Below, piece after piece: positions 51,710 through 64,000 of a stretch of 64,000 nt of DNA. Made by a program: the position numbers and the translations under genes. The DNA lies in the NCBI GenBank assembly GCA_973895155.1, contig OZ316894.1, positions 20,652,451 to 20,716,450 of the forward strand, in the 5' to 3' direction. Origin of the DNA: Marsupella aquatica (taxonomy: Eukaryota > Plantae > Marchantiophyta). Under the pieces are notes generated by a model. That model saw only the letters and a program-made list of their open reading frames with translations. It searched no databases and was not told the origin of the DNA. The first letter of the stretch is position 1; every line of letters begins with the position of its first letter.

Positions 51710-54700
51710 CACTATGCCAAAGTCCATATATCTCACAAAAACCCGTGAAAGTTTTAGCTTAGTCTATCGGTCAAGGCTGTTTTCCCATGTTGTCATTGCC
51801 TGTCTTCTACACTGTCTGACAAAGACCGACCCTTGAATCTTTCATTCAGTAGTCCATCTATCATTGCAGCTCCCCGAACATTTCACGGTCTTCTACAATC
51901 ATCTCGAATTTCCCAACGTCGTCTTTCAGAAACCTGTACAGTATTCCGGCGACGAAAGGCATCATGCTCGACGCAACGGGACTGCATGGCTCTCCTACGA
52001 CTGCATGGAAACATATGTGGGTCTTTCGAGATATTAAGTTATCTCCATCTAATAGTACTGTAGTCCATTTACTCGCCCGGTCGCTCAAAAGATAAATCAG
52101 GAACTTGCGCTAGTTGTGCTACACCGTGTTTTTATTAGTGAGACCGCATCGAGGGGAGCAAACACTGAAGCACGACACCGAAAATGTAGTGTAACAGACA
52201 ATGTCGACCAGCTCTATTCCGTCTCCAAAATCCAACCCACCACAAGACCACCAACCGTCTCGTTCTTCTGAGTGTCCTACCCACCCCAACAGCGCTCCAC
52301 AGACTGATATTGGCTTCACCATTAATTTGGCTCTGCGTGACCCACTCTTCCTCCTCCTAATCCTCAGTACAGTAGTCTCTCTCTGACTTTTGAAACCCAA
52401 TCCAGAATTGTAGGACGGAATTGTTTTGGGCGGACGCAAACTATGCATTCCTTGACGATGGTTTCCCTGATTTAGGAGATTTCACAGAAAGCAAGGCTAC
52501 GAATAAGGAGGACATGCTTACAAGTGATCAAGCTTAAGCCACACACAGCATTCAGAGCCGGTCTGAGAAAACTCAGCATCACAGCTGAGTTGGTCCTTCA
52601 ATTTTCCTGGAACCACGCATGAGGCGAATCGGAAGCCTAGAGGAGCGATGGGCACCTTCTCCTCACACCAGCACGATTTCTCACACACCTTGGACGGCGG
52701 GTGTGCTCCCATCGACAGTTCCCAAGGCATTACACTATATATTAAGAATCACGAGGAACTGAAACTCCAAGCACTCTCTACGAAGCAGCAGCAGAGACAG
52801 AGCACCTTGTCGATCGCTGAAACCATAGAGGAGAAGCTCTTCTACTCCCTCCCACCCGCCGAAGTTCTCTGTGCTAACGATCCCTGCGGATGGACTGACG
52901 GACACCGATTTTCTTCGGAACTGCTCACTTTGCTCGAGAATTTTGCATGAATTTCAATCACTGAACTGTTCGTGCAACGCAGCAGCGTAAGTAAGGTACG
53001 TGTAGCCCAGTAATATATTTATGGATGCTCCGACCGTTTCTTGGATGCAATTTCTGCATGCCTGTAACGATCTCAGATCTCTTTCTTTGTATTGAAGTCC
53101 AAGATCGGAGAATTGTGTATCTTCTCTAATATTCTAGAATATGTTTGAAAGTTCAAGCGTCGAGATTCATTTCTTCTTACGTAGATTCTCAGAGGAGACA
53201 TAGTTGTCATACTCTGCATAATGTATCCCTTGATCGTGAAGCACTTAATTATCCGCATCAGGGAGAGAAGTCTCAATATCTAGCGTCCTCGAAGATCTTT
53301 GAGATCTCAGTCGTTCCAGCAAAGATCCTTAGTATTTTCTTTCTAATTAGAGTGGCTTTTTACACATAGAAAGCACCATTCCAGCATAGATCTTTGAGGC
53401 ATACCATGTCCAAGATCTTGGAAATCTCATAGTCGTTCCAGCGAAGAAATGTAGGATCTCCAGAATTCAGATTTCGCCGTCGTTTCAGCAAAGATCCAAT
53501 TGTACGATCTGCACAGTGAAATCGAGTCTGTCACTAAGCAAAAATCGACGTCTTGCTGGGCTGCTGCAGGACACAGTAAGCTACTGGCTTTCGCCTCCCG
53601 TTGGATTGGTCCAGTTTGCTTCAGTGAACACAACCAGAAAGCTTGATACATACACTAAGGATTGCGAAAATGGGCCGACCATCAGCAGCAGGGTTAGCGG
53701 TTATACTCTTAGGCATTTGCTGTTTCACTTGTAGTGAAGCTGCTCGACCTGGACCTGGAACTGGAATTTTCACTGCGATCGGCGATGGCAGTAGCATATC
53801 AGAAATGATTATGCTCCATCCCAGCTTGTTTCTGCAGCGGAAGATTTTAGAAGAAGATCAACCCGACGACAAAGAGGAGAAGAAAGAGTGGAAACACGAG
53901 GAGAAAGAGAAGGATGAGCCCGAAGAGGACGGCGAGGAAAGTGGGGACCGCGACGAAAATGGGGATGGCGAGGAAAATGGGGACGGCAAGGAAAATGGGG
54001 ATGGCGAGGAAAATGGGGACGGCAAGGAAAATGGGGATGGCGAGGTAAATGGGGACGGCAAGGACAATGGGGATGGCGAGGAAAATGGGGATGGCGAGGA
54101 AAATGGGGATAGCGGAGATGGCGAGGAAAATGGGGATGGCGGGGATGGCGAGGACAATGGGGATGGCGGGGATGGCGAGGAGAAAGACGAGGAGAAAGAG
54201 GACAAGGAAGAGTGGAAGCACGAGGAGAAAGAGGAGAAGAAAGAGTGGAAGCACGAGGACAAAGAGGAGAAGAAAGAGTGGAAGCACGAGGACAAAGAGG
54301 AGAAAGAGGAGAAGAAAGAGTGGAAGCACGAAGAGGACGGGAAGGAAAGTGGGTACTCACAGCCATAGACAGACGAGGAGCAAGAGTGGAAGCCCAAGGG
54401 GACCGTCCAAAAAAATTGGGATTCCCAGCCCAAGACAGAGTACTCGGAGAAAGGCTGCAAGCCCCAGGAGAGCATCCATTTGACAAGAAGTGGGAGTCAC
54501 AGCCGAGTTCCGTCCAAATTCTAGAACATAAAGTAACATCACAATGGTTTAGAGCTGTGAAATCTTTTTGAGTTGAAAGGGAAACACTACAATACAATTT
54601 ACTTACTTTCTTTCACGGATCCTCATGTCTTGAGATGTCTTGAACAAATGTTTTTTGCTTAGTTCTCGAGCAAGAAGTTAGGGAACCTCCTTCTAATGAC

Positions 54701-54830
54701 TACAATAAAGTTTGCTCAAAGGGCATTGTGAGCCATAATGCCCACGAAAACAACGGATACTAGCTTTAGGGTTTGAGGGGTTATTGTTGAAGGGCAATCT
54801 AGATCATAAGCCCTCTAACAAGAGGGCATT
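51710..54830 (+). repeat. Tandem duplication unit, copy 2 (3' part)
   Basis: Near-identical to 30120-33030. Confidence 0.9.
53670..54368 (+). CDS. Secreted E/K/D/G-rich repeat protein, copy 2 (expanded GDGEEN repeats)
   Basis: ATG at 53670 matches the paralog start; near-identical N-terminus, longer repeat tract, same GYSQP* end. Confidence 0.8.
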   Translation: MGRPSAAGLAVILLGICCFTCSEAARPGPGTGIFTAIGDGSSISEMIMLHPSLFLQRKILEEDQPDDKEEKKEWKHEEKEKDEPEEDGEESGDRDENGDGEENGDGKENGDGEENGDGKENGDGEVNGDGKDNGDGEENGDGEENGDSGDGEENGDGGDGEDNGDGGDGEEKDEEKEDKEEWKHEEKEEKKEWKHEDKEEKKEWKHEDKEEKEEKKEWKHEEDGKESGYSQP

Positions 54831-57800
54831 AGGCACCTGAGTTTTGAGTGACTATTATGGTCCATAATGCTCTGGTAGCAGGACATTAATACATTTCATT
54901 TTTACTAATTTTAGTAAATGAATACTACAAATTTCACAATGAGTGAATGCAAAATAATCTTGAATGTGTACTCTTCTCCATAAATGTAGCTGAAAATTAC
55001 AAAAGGCATTAAGTATGCTTTCACATTAGGCAGCTAACGCATGTTTGATTTTATTTAACATTGCGACAAGACTAAGAGTATCCAAAATTAACAGATGATG
55101 TTCCTTTTTTACTTGGCTTTGTTGGGCCAATATACAGAAACACATATCAAATAAAATCTTAAAAGTATTATTTTTATAACAATGTGGTAATTCACATTAG
55201 AGTGGCATGGCCTGATAGTGTAGCTTTCAGATTCCTTGGTAGAGCAAGTGGTCCATAATGACTCCTTTGGAGGTTGTTTTGATGGGTTTGGTTTGGCTTG
55301 GGCTCCCTTGCCCTCTCAGCTGATTCGAATGGGTGCCAAAAACTACGATTGGACTTGACAACTGAAGGAACAAAATCACCTCCACTAGCTAGGGTAGCCC
55401 ACTATCTTCGGCTTGGGCTTGATCATAAAGTTGGCTCTATTTTTTGAACAGTTTCCAAATGTGTGCAAGAAACTGCAATCCATGTGTGTAGGGATGGTTG
55501 GAAAGCAATCTAAAACTAAGCTAGAGAGTGAGAGGTGTCTTCTTACTTGTCTCTCAATAGACAAAGTTTGCCCACAAATCTAAATGAGATTGCTACATGC
55601 CTCCAGGCTCTGTTGAGCATAGACGACAATCGCAACGACAAGCCCATGAACCATCCAATGCACGAGAGTCGACACAAAGAGATATGTGGTTCACCTCCAC
55701 ATGAGGCTACATACACGAGAACACACGAGAGCTTTACTGTACTCTAGGCCGACCGGCCATACCAAGCATCCACAGCGCCAGCTCTCCCTATCTCTCAACT
55801 AGCTCCATAACAATATATGAGCCTTAAGTTCCCACTCTCCAAGCGGGTCTCCAAGCAAACACCACTTGGTTATAGAGTGTGCATAGCATGACTAATTAAC
55901 CTAACCAAGTCTGTGACTAAGGTTAGCCTTAACTACAGCACAGTCGTAACTCTAGACCTAAGAGTAAATCCTAACAGGCTCAGGTGGAATAGCCACCTCA
56001 CTTGAGTACCTGATTTTTTGCAAATCTCCACAAGTTGCTGGAGTGAAAATCACAATTAGGCTGGTCTGTTGGTTAGGGCATTTTTTGGTTTTAATGTCAA
56101 ATGAATGTAAACTGAGAAGTGGAGGGATTCTGAAGCAAGCAAAGAGTTCCACCCTGGCTATGAGTTTCCACATTTCTTTAATGCTTTCTTTACTTTTTGA
56201 TTCGTTGTTGTCCAAATTTGAGGGTGTTTTAAAAATCACTCACAAATAATTCATAATGTCCCTTTCTCAGCCAAAGTGATTCTTTCAATCTTTCTGAAAT
56301 GTTTAAACTCAGTCCTTGTGTCATTGCTCCACAATTTTAAGTACATCAGTTCCACTGTATAAAATCTTGTTTCCATGTTTGTAGATCTCCTTATTCCCAG
56401 AGCATTCAGTCCCATGAGCAGATTTGACAATAATATGATTGTTGTTCTTGACTCAATTTTTTGCTTGGCCCTGTTCCCGTAGCAGTCATATAAAATTTTA
56501 ATTTTTTGTGGAAAGTGAGCTGTGGATGGAAGTGGCTGTAGAGATGATACTGTATTTCAGGGATATTGAGCAATATGCAAACAAGAGTCTGCAGGGACCC
56601 AGGAAGTTGAATTCCTTTAATTTTGAAAACACGTGATTCAACACAAAAAGCACATGCAATGTCGACAACTAAAAGAGATAGAAACAACCAGAGAAAAAGA
56701 CTACGGTTTCCACTTGCATAACAAATGGCCAATTTCACGTTTATCTTCAAATGTGGCTCTGTTTTCATCAAGGTTCCTTCACCCGGTACGGTGTGTCTCT
56801 TACCACAACTGTAATTTAGTTTCTCAAGTTAGATACTAAAACAATCTCTGTTGTCCATTCCTTCTAGTTTGGGGCTAGTTGACCTGGAGGGAACGCACAA
56901 GCTCCTCCTTGTTTCTGGACAGAATCTTTGTGGTCCAAGTACTGTATCTCCTCTTTTGTCAACCCTCTTTTACTGTATCTTCAATATCCAAGTATCTCCT
57001 CCTTCGTCAACCTCATTTTACTCTATCTCTGAGGTGCAAGTAGACCCTCTTTAGTCAACCCTCCCTTACTCCATCTCATTACCAAAATACCTTGTTTGGT
57101 ACTTCCAATGAGATGGTTTTTTTCATCATGTTCTGTTGGGGGCTCTTCTAAGAAGGTTTGTTCTTTGACCAATTCAGGGTTCAATTCCCTGGCAGAGCTT
57201 TGAGGTGACTAAACAAAGTGCTTTGAGTATCAGAGATTATTTAAAAAACATTAGACCTTGCTTGTTAGGTTCCTTTGGATATTAAAAGAATTGAATTTCT
57301 CTGTGTTGAAATATGTCTCTGCTGAATCTAATATGAAGGTTTTTATTCTATTTTACTCATCTGCGTGCTGCTTCCATTTTGTGGGAAAAACGTTTCCAGT
57401 GTTGATCACAATTTGGCAAAATGCATGTTTTAGTCATCCTTAGGGACTGGTGGTGAAACAATCAAATAACTGTATAGCTCTATGTCTCGGTGAAATGGGT
57501 GTGGAAACTGTCACCGTGGCATTTGTTGTAGGAAAATCCATTACTTTAGTACCATATCATTGATTTGATTTGTCCTTAGAAAAAAAGTGAGAAGGAAAGA
57601 CGTAACTAGGTTTCACCAGATAGCAATCTTGGATCTTTGTTAGGCAACATGCCTTGTGGAATGGAATTTTATAATCGAAGGATAGGCCCATAATTTCCAA
57701 ATTAAACGGGACTACCCTAGTGCCATCCCGGTTTTGGAAATAATAAAATAACTATAAAAAAACATTTGCCCAACAAACACAAGATTATGTGGTCATTCTA

Positions 57801-60800
57801 AGAGCTCGATTTATTTTATCATGGAACTCTTATGAGTATTCTAAGCATCGTGGCGTAAGAAACTGGATTTCAGTATCTGCATCATTTCAAAAACTTAAAA
57901 AATAAACAGGAGTAAATCCAAGCAAATAAGGTTGTTATTTGTGCAGACCCAAAGTAGTATATGTCTGGCCTGGCTTTTGCCCTTGAACTATGCTTTCAAA
58001 AAGGTTTTTTACTGGGCTCCAGTGGACTCAATGCAAGCCTGGGGGATAACTTGGAAGAAATCCAAGCACATAGCTAACCGAGCATGCTAAGGCACTGGGG
58101 CAGAACTGGGCATGAGTGCGACATTGCCATAAAGGGATTTCGAGGGAGTATCTACTTGAATATCTGGAGTAAGATGAGTGTGTGCACATCAAGAATCAGG
58201 AATGTCCATTAGGAGCATGTGATGGAAGCATGTAGAATGTATAGTCGTCTACCTATCCTGTCCATTGACAGCCTCTTGCGTGGTGAGGAGCAGCCTCCTT
58301 GAGGTCAGACTCACATGGTGCCGTAAATTAGTTCTCGAGGATACTATCTGTCACAATTTTTCTCTCACAATTTTTCTCGAATGTGACTCTTGCCTTTCGG
58401 ATCGTGTCTCAACGTTCGGCGTTCATTTGTTCTTTGGCACTTAGGTGATTTGGAAGTGATGAGGAAGGTTGTTTAATGTTGGAGCAACTTTATGTAGGCT
58501 ATTTTTGAACATCCAACGTCTTGTTTTTGAACATCTAACTCGCGATCTAACTTCCTGTTTGCTGACTGTCGAGACGGCCGATCCAAAGAGGAGATGATAT
58601 TCACTGGAATTTCCGATGCTATTATTGTGTTGATCACTTTATCTGCAAATTGTGCTACACTGACTTGGTAGTGGGCCAGATATCAGCAGGATGAGCGACT
58701 GATCAAACACAAGATCAGCTTGTATTCAGCTCCGAGATGAGGGAGTCTTGATGGCGAGCTTGATTGTAGCTTGAATTTTGAAAGGTGATGTTCTTTGCGT
58801 CGGGAAACGGTGGACGAGCTAAAGGATTCACGAAGGTCCAGCAATCTGTCATGAGATAGCTATAAAAAATTATTGGAAAGGAAAAAGGATTCAGGATCGG
58901 GACGACGGGACCCTTGCTTGGTGGGAGCGATTAAATCACCGTACAGTCCTCTGGGGATTCAGGATGACAGTGGCCTGTGATGGACCTGTGAAGAGGTGAA
59001 TCTCACGAACCCAATAAGTAGCGTTACGTGTTATGTTGCACAGTGATGTAGCGATGAACTGAAGTGCTACTTCAACCTCTCGCTGTTACCAGACCGGCAC
59101 CTTGCCATGAGTTGTGGGCATTTCGAACGGCATGCACCAGTAACTGTTGTCTTGCGAACTACCCTGAATTTTCGCTCTGCATTAGTGGCTTCCTTAACGA
59201 TAATTTGACCTCCGATTGCAAACAGCAAGAAACCAAAATTTCCGAAACGTACAAAAGATCTTGAGGAAGTGCTGACAACAGTTACTGGTGCATGCCGTTC
59301 GAAATGCCCACCTAGACAACATTCAGGTGAAAAATCGGTATTCTCCCGTTCATCAAGAGGTGAAATTATTTGCCTGAACTTCATTCAAATTTTGATTGCA
59401 CTTGCTTTCGTAGAATATGGACCTGACAACAAGCGATCACAGAGAAAACAGCAGACTCGCCTTATTTTGTGATTGCCACGATTCTGAAATGCACTAATCA
59501 GGCTGAGATTTAACACACGATTGCCACGCACTGGCATCATCTGAATTGTACTCTTTACAAGTTGAATTTAACACCTAACTGCGTGACACTCCATGAAATA
59601 CTATTGAAGTCTGTGAAAGAGAACCGCAACAGATGCCAGAGTACATCTACCTTGTTCAATTTCTAGCTAAATCTGGGCAGAGCAGGCACATCTGAACTAG
59701 CTTCATTGCAAATTGATGAACATCATCTGTTTTTAGTTTACCTATCTGACAATTACATTTGGATATTTAATTGGATCTGGATATACAGGACTTGTTCAAG
59801 CGAATCGAGCAATGAACTTGATAGAGAATGAAAACGAGTCGACTTATCATCTCTGAATGTTTCATCAGGGATGCGTTCGCTTGTTGTGGCAATGTACTGG
59901 CAAGACAGCGAAACATACTACGCGGGGTCTGTTTTTCAAATCGTCTTAAACCACAACTACCTCTTACGGGGCTGTCATTGGTCAGTGGTAGCAGGGCACT
60001 AGTTACGGGCAACTGCTAGGGAGGCTTACTGGGTATGGGTCTCCTGACATATGAAGTGGGTCCTCAGTGTTCTCCAAGAAGCATCACATGCTACTGGCTA
60101 TCACATGTGATGGTAATCTGGAGATTGCGTGATCAAAAATCCTGGCATGGTGGGATTCTATCTTGTTCACACACCTGACCACTCATAGTTGGGCACCCGG
60201 TTGGGCATGATGAGGTGGTGGCTGGGCTGGCTGAGGAGGAATGTGTGCACAGTAGATGGAGTGACTGGATGGGCTTTCACGCTCAAGTTCCTGGTAGTGG
60301 AACAATGGATCATCGAGGCAGGAACGAAGAGTGCCCGGGCAGGGCAGTAAGCAAAACCCCGTTGAACTGGGTTGGAGATGCTCGAAGTAAGCATACACGA
60401 AAGCAGGGAACAGACGTACGCGTGGACCTCGAACCCCAGACGATCTTCTGAAATCAATATTGCCAGGCTTACCGAGGACCTCGGATGAAGATCCAATGCG
60501 TAAACCATCATCTGTACCTGAAGTCCACATCAAGAAAATGTGGACATATGAATCAGATTATTGCTGCCTCCAGACGAACAAACTCTTCAGGTCCAATCCT
60601 GAGCAAATATCTGGCTGTTATCGATAGAGTTATATCCCATATATATGAGGACACCCGGCCCCTAAAAGAGATATCAAGTTTTGCCTTCTTATGAATGGAA
60701 GTAGCGTTTACATCCAATTTTGTATTTTCTTTACAGGGTTTGGTCAACACCCAATCACCTAAATAAAACCGCGTAAGTTGGGTTGGAGATACTCTTAGGT

Positions 60801-62419
60801 GCCACGGGCAATCAATTTCTAGAGCACACCAGAATGGAAAGCATCACGGCCACATTTGGACAGAATTCCAAATGACTGGAGCAGGACTAGTTTCCCACTT
60901 GTTACAACACAGGCTTGCATGAAGATCTGGTTTTCTCTCCTGGCTTAGTCTGGTTGTGAGTAGAAGCACTTTGTTGGGGGGAGGGAGCTGATAGGTGTGC
61001 ATCACAATGCTCCAAAATTCTAGCCCCACTTGGAAATTTGCGAAGAGGGTCATGTTCTAGTCCCCTTCCTAGTCAAGGGCAACGCTCCTCTCTTAGGTGT
61101 ATTCTAAAGTCATGTTACCAGAGCATTATGGGCACCAATACCAGCAGCACTCAGTACTTGAGTGCAGCACGTACTTCTTTTCCACCTGGGCCGGGGCCTG
61201 GGCGTTATGGGATATAATGCCACCCAGGTATGTGTGTACATTATGGCCCACAATTCTTGTCCTGGTTTAGAGGGCATTGTGGGATATTGTGTTCCAAAAG
61301 CAAGGGCTTCAGCGTACCCAGCTTTTAGAGTACATTATGGCCCGCAATTCTCGTTTTGGCCAAATCTTCAGATCTCTCACCCAAACTAACTAACTGAATT
61401 TTCAAAGGTGTCCCACATATTACTGACCTGATCGTCTCCATTTTGTACATGCGTTAGAATTGCCTGAGTACGTACTAGACATAACTCAACTCTGCTCATT
61501 GGCAAGACGCATCATTGGGTGCTGATTAATCTGTTGATCTCCTGAGCTCTGCTGCAGGGGCAAAAATCATTTTTTGAGGGAAATAACATGTTAACTTTTG
61601 ATAAGGAAAACCACCATTTTTTGTTTTTCCAAGTAACAGTGATGTTTTGGGTCTCCTTGTTTTTGCGCTGCAACACAGTTTGGCTGCACTTGTTGGCCTG
61701 AAACTTTTGGCTGCAACATGGGAAAGAAGTAGTAAGCGGGTTAAGCCCACAGTCAACCAATGGCACCTTGCCACATGGCCATGGGAAGCCCTACATCAAT
61801 CAGAACAAAAGTTGAATGGGTTACATCTACTGAAGTATGTAATGCTAACTCATACACAAAATGGGGGTCACGTTAGTAAATATATTAGTTTGGGAGCACA
61901 TCAGTAAATCCTAATAGTTTTGAGAATAGGTTACTAAAAACCTGTTTCATCAAACGGCTTCTTTCACGAAATAAATGTGTGAAAATTCATCCATTTTAGT
62001 CCATCCATTTCTCACTACTTTTCTCAAAGTTCAACTGTCTTCTCCAATGAGCTTTGAAATCGCCGAAGTCTCTACACTCAGCTTGAAGTTGCCAAAGTCC
62101 ATATCTCACAAAGACCCATGAAAGTGTTAGCTTAGTCCATCTATCAAGGCTGTTTCCCCATGTTTGTTTCCCCATGCTGTCATTGCCTATCTTCTCCACT
62201 AACAAAAACCCTTGAACTTCATTCCAGTCGATCTATCACTGCAGCTCCCCGAAGTTTTCATGGTCTTCTACAGTCAGCTCGACTTTCCCAAAGTCATCGT
62301 TCAGAAAGCTGTACAGTATTCCGCCGACGAAAGGTATCATGGTTGACGCAACAGAACTGCATGGCTCTCGTACGACAGCATGAAAAGATGGGTCTTTCGA
62401 GATATTAAATTATCTCAAT
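54831..62419 (+). repeat. Tandem duplication unit, copy 3 (lacks the SDR segment; cut by a Copia element)
   Basis: Aligns with 20708-30450, except that ~24280-26365 is absent and there are copy-specific insertions. Confidence 0.9.
55611..55976. mobile_element. Solo LTR (366 bp) with 5-bp TSD GGCTC
   Basis: TGTT...AACA termini; GGCTC at 55606-10 and 55977-81; empty site in copy 1 near 21509. Confidence 0.92.
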
Positions 62420-64000
62420 TGTTATGAATACACAAGATGATAGTAGTCAATAATCCACACACACTTCCATTATGCCAAGGACTTATATAGTCCAGAAGGG
62501 TTAACATGGTTGGGTTAATGTTAACCTATCCTATACTAGGGTTAAGTCATATTATGGGTTATAACACTTCCCCTTGGTTACTTGGACGGGTGTCAAGGAA
62601 CCACACATTTAACCCTAGTTTAAAAGTGGGAGTCACTTATGATGTAGCCTCATCAAACCTTGCTGCTTTCCTCTCAAGGAAGAGTACTACCATCATTACA
62701 ATTTGTGGTCCCTAATTCAGAAAGTCTCTAATGTGTATGCTCTAAGTCTAAAAGTAGCCTATTACTGTCTAAGCCAGTGGGCTAATAGTAAGTAAGCGTT
62801 TATTTGTTACTCTAGTCGGGGTAGTATTGTATTCATGATGGGGGAACATGTGTCTCTCTGTAAACTGTTCGTTAGATACTACGATTTAGTAGTTTGTCGA
62901 GGTTCTACTTCGATTTTGCGTTGGCTGTGTGTTCGTGTCGGGAGTTGTCGTTAGTCGAGGAGGTTAGGGAGGAGAGACGATGCATTCCAATGGCGCTGAC
63001 GTGCTTTCGATGTGTAGTCGCTGGTAGCGGCTTGGTGAAGAGGTCGGCGCAATTGTCTTGTGAGCTTATCCACTTTACTTGTATTTGCTTTCCGCTGTGT
63101 TCGTGCGTAAAGAAAAATTTCGGGTCTATGTGCTTGGTTCGATCGGTCTTCATGTAGCCTGTAACTATCTGGTCGACGCATGCCCTATTGTCCTCGTAGA
63201 TGGTGGTTGGATTTGTGAGTAAGGTTTTTCCTGTCTGTTTGAGTATATGTGTGATTATACTACGGAGCCAAATCGCTTCGCGGCATGCCTCATAGAGGGC
63301 AATTACTTCGGCGTGATTCGATGACGTTGTGGTTAGGCTCTGCTTCGTGCTTCTCCAAGATATGGCGGTTTTACCCTGCAAGAAGACGTATCCTGTCTGC
63401 GACTTTGAATCTTGGGGGTCTGAGAGGTATCCAGCGTCCGCGTATCCTGTAAGTTCATCCTCGCTTTCGTTGGGGAAGAATAGTCCCATGTCAATTGTTC
63501 CTTGGAGGTATCGGAATACTCGTTTTATGCCGTTCCAGTGGCGTATTGTCGGGTGCGCGCTATGTCGTGCGAGGAGGCTCACTGCAAAGGATATATCCGG
63601 TCGGGTGTTGTTGGCCAGGTAAAGGAGGGCTCCGATAGCCGATAAGTATGGCTTATCTGAATCTAGTATTGGTTCGTTGTCCTGTCTTTGCCTGAACATG
63701 TCCTTCGCAGTGTCTAAGGATCTCAGCTCCATTGGTGTTGATACCGGGTATGCCTTTTGCATATTGAATTGTTGGAGGATTTTGTTTGTATAGGTAGACT
63801 GGCTAATGAATGTGCCTGTCTGTAGGTGATCGAACTGAAGGCCGAGGCAGTAAGTCGGTTCTCCCAGTTCTTTCATCTCGAAAATGCCCTTCATTGTGTT
63901 GATTGTTTGTCGTAATAGTCGTTGTGTACCGAAAAGATTAATGTCATCGACATATAGCGCTAACACGACGAACTCTGTGTCTACTCTTTTGATGAATATA
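62420..64000 (-). mobile_element. Ty1/Copia element (Bianca-like), 3' end; 147-bp LTR at 62420-62566
   Basis: TGTTAT...ATAACA LTR with an adjacent minus-strand PPT AAGGGGAAG; host similarity stops at 62419. Confidence 0.85.
62905..63966 (-). CDS. Copia reverse transcriptase / RNase H (partial; continues beyond the window)
   Basis: LYVDD, TRPDISFAV, GYADAGY, SQTGY, YEDN, KHIDPKFF, ADLFTK. Confidence 0.95.
   Translation of the reverse strand: MLALYVDDINLFGTQRLLRQTINTMKGIFEMKELGEPTYCLGLQFDHLQTGTFISQSTYTNKILQQFNMQKAYPVSTPMELRSLDTAKDMFRQRQDNEPILDSDKPYLSAIGALLYLANNTRPDISFAVSLLARHSAHPTIRHWNGIKRVFRYLQGTIDMGLFFPNESEDELTGYADAGYLSDPQDSKSQTGYVFLQGKTAISWRSTKQSLTTTSSNHAEVIALYEACREAIWLRSIITHILKQTGKTLLTNPTTIYEDNRACVDQIVTGYMKTDRTKHIDPKFFFTHEHSGKQIQVKWISSQDNCADLFTKPLPATTHRKHVSAIGMHRLSSLTSSTNDNSRHEHTANAKSK

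Overview
Eukaryotic DNA, most likely from a non-seed land plant such as a bryophyte (inference from a plant-type SDR gene, GT-AG introns, and Gypsy, Copia and CACTA elements). The window is mostly nested transposable elements around a tandemly duplicated ~8-12 kb host segment that carries an SDR gene and a secreted E/K/D/G-rich repeat protein gene. The main observation is two diverged copies of a ~13 kb cargo-carrying DNA transposon (A 6264-19241; B 35428-50360). Both have CA...TG terminal inverted repeats (TIRs) of 20-24 bp, a 2-bp AT target duplication and subterminal AAAGTGTACATTTGG-type repeats. Both share a three-gene layout: (i) a minus-strand transposase with three Tnp1/En-Spm-like domains fused to a DDD/E-type core (DKMDQ...DNSxKDN...GHTHEDVD); (ii) a divergent three-exon gene encoding a ParB-like domain plus a degenerate N4/N6 DNA methyltransferase-like domain; (iii) an FCP1/NIF HAD-phosphatase-like gene with a Cys/His tail. 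Each copy carries its own 21-bp (6-N9-6) palindromes. Both copies are decayed. Family assignments come from motif recognition by eye; no database search was run.
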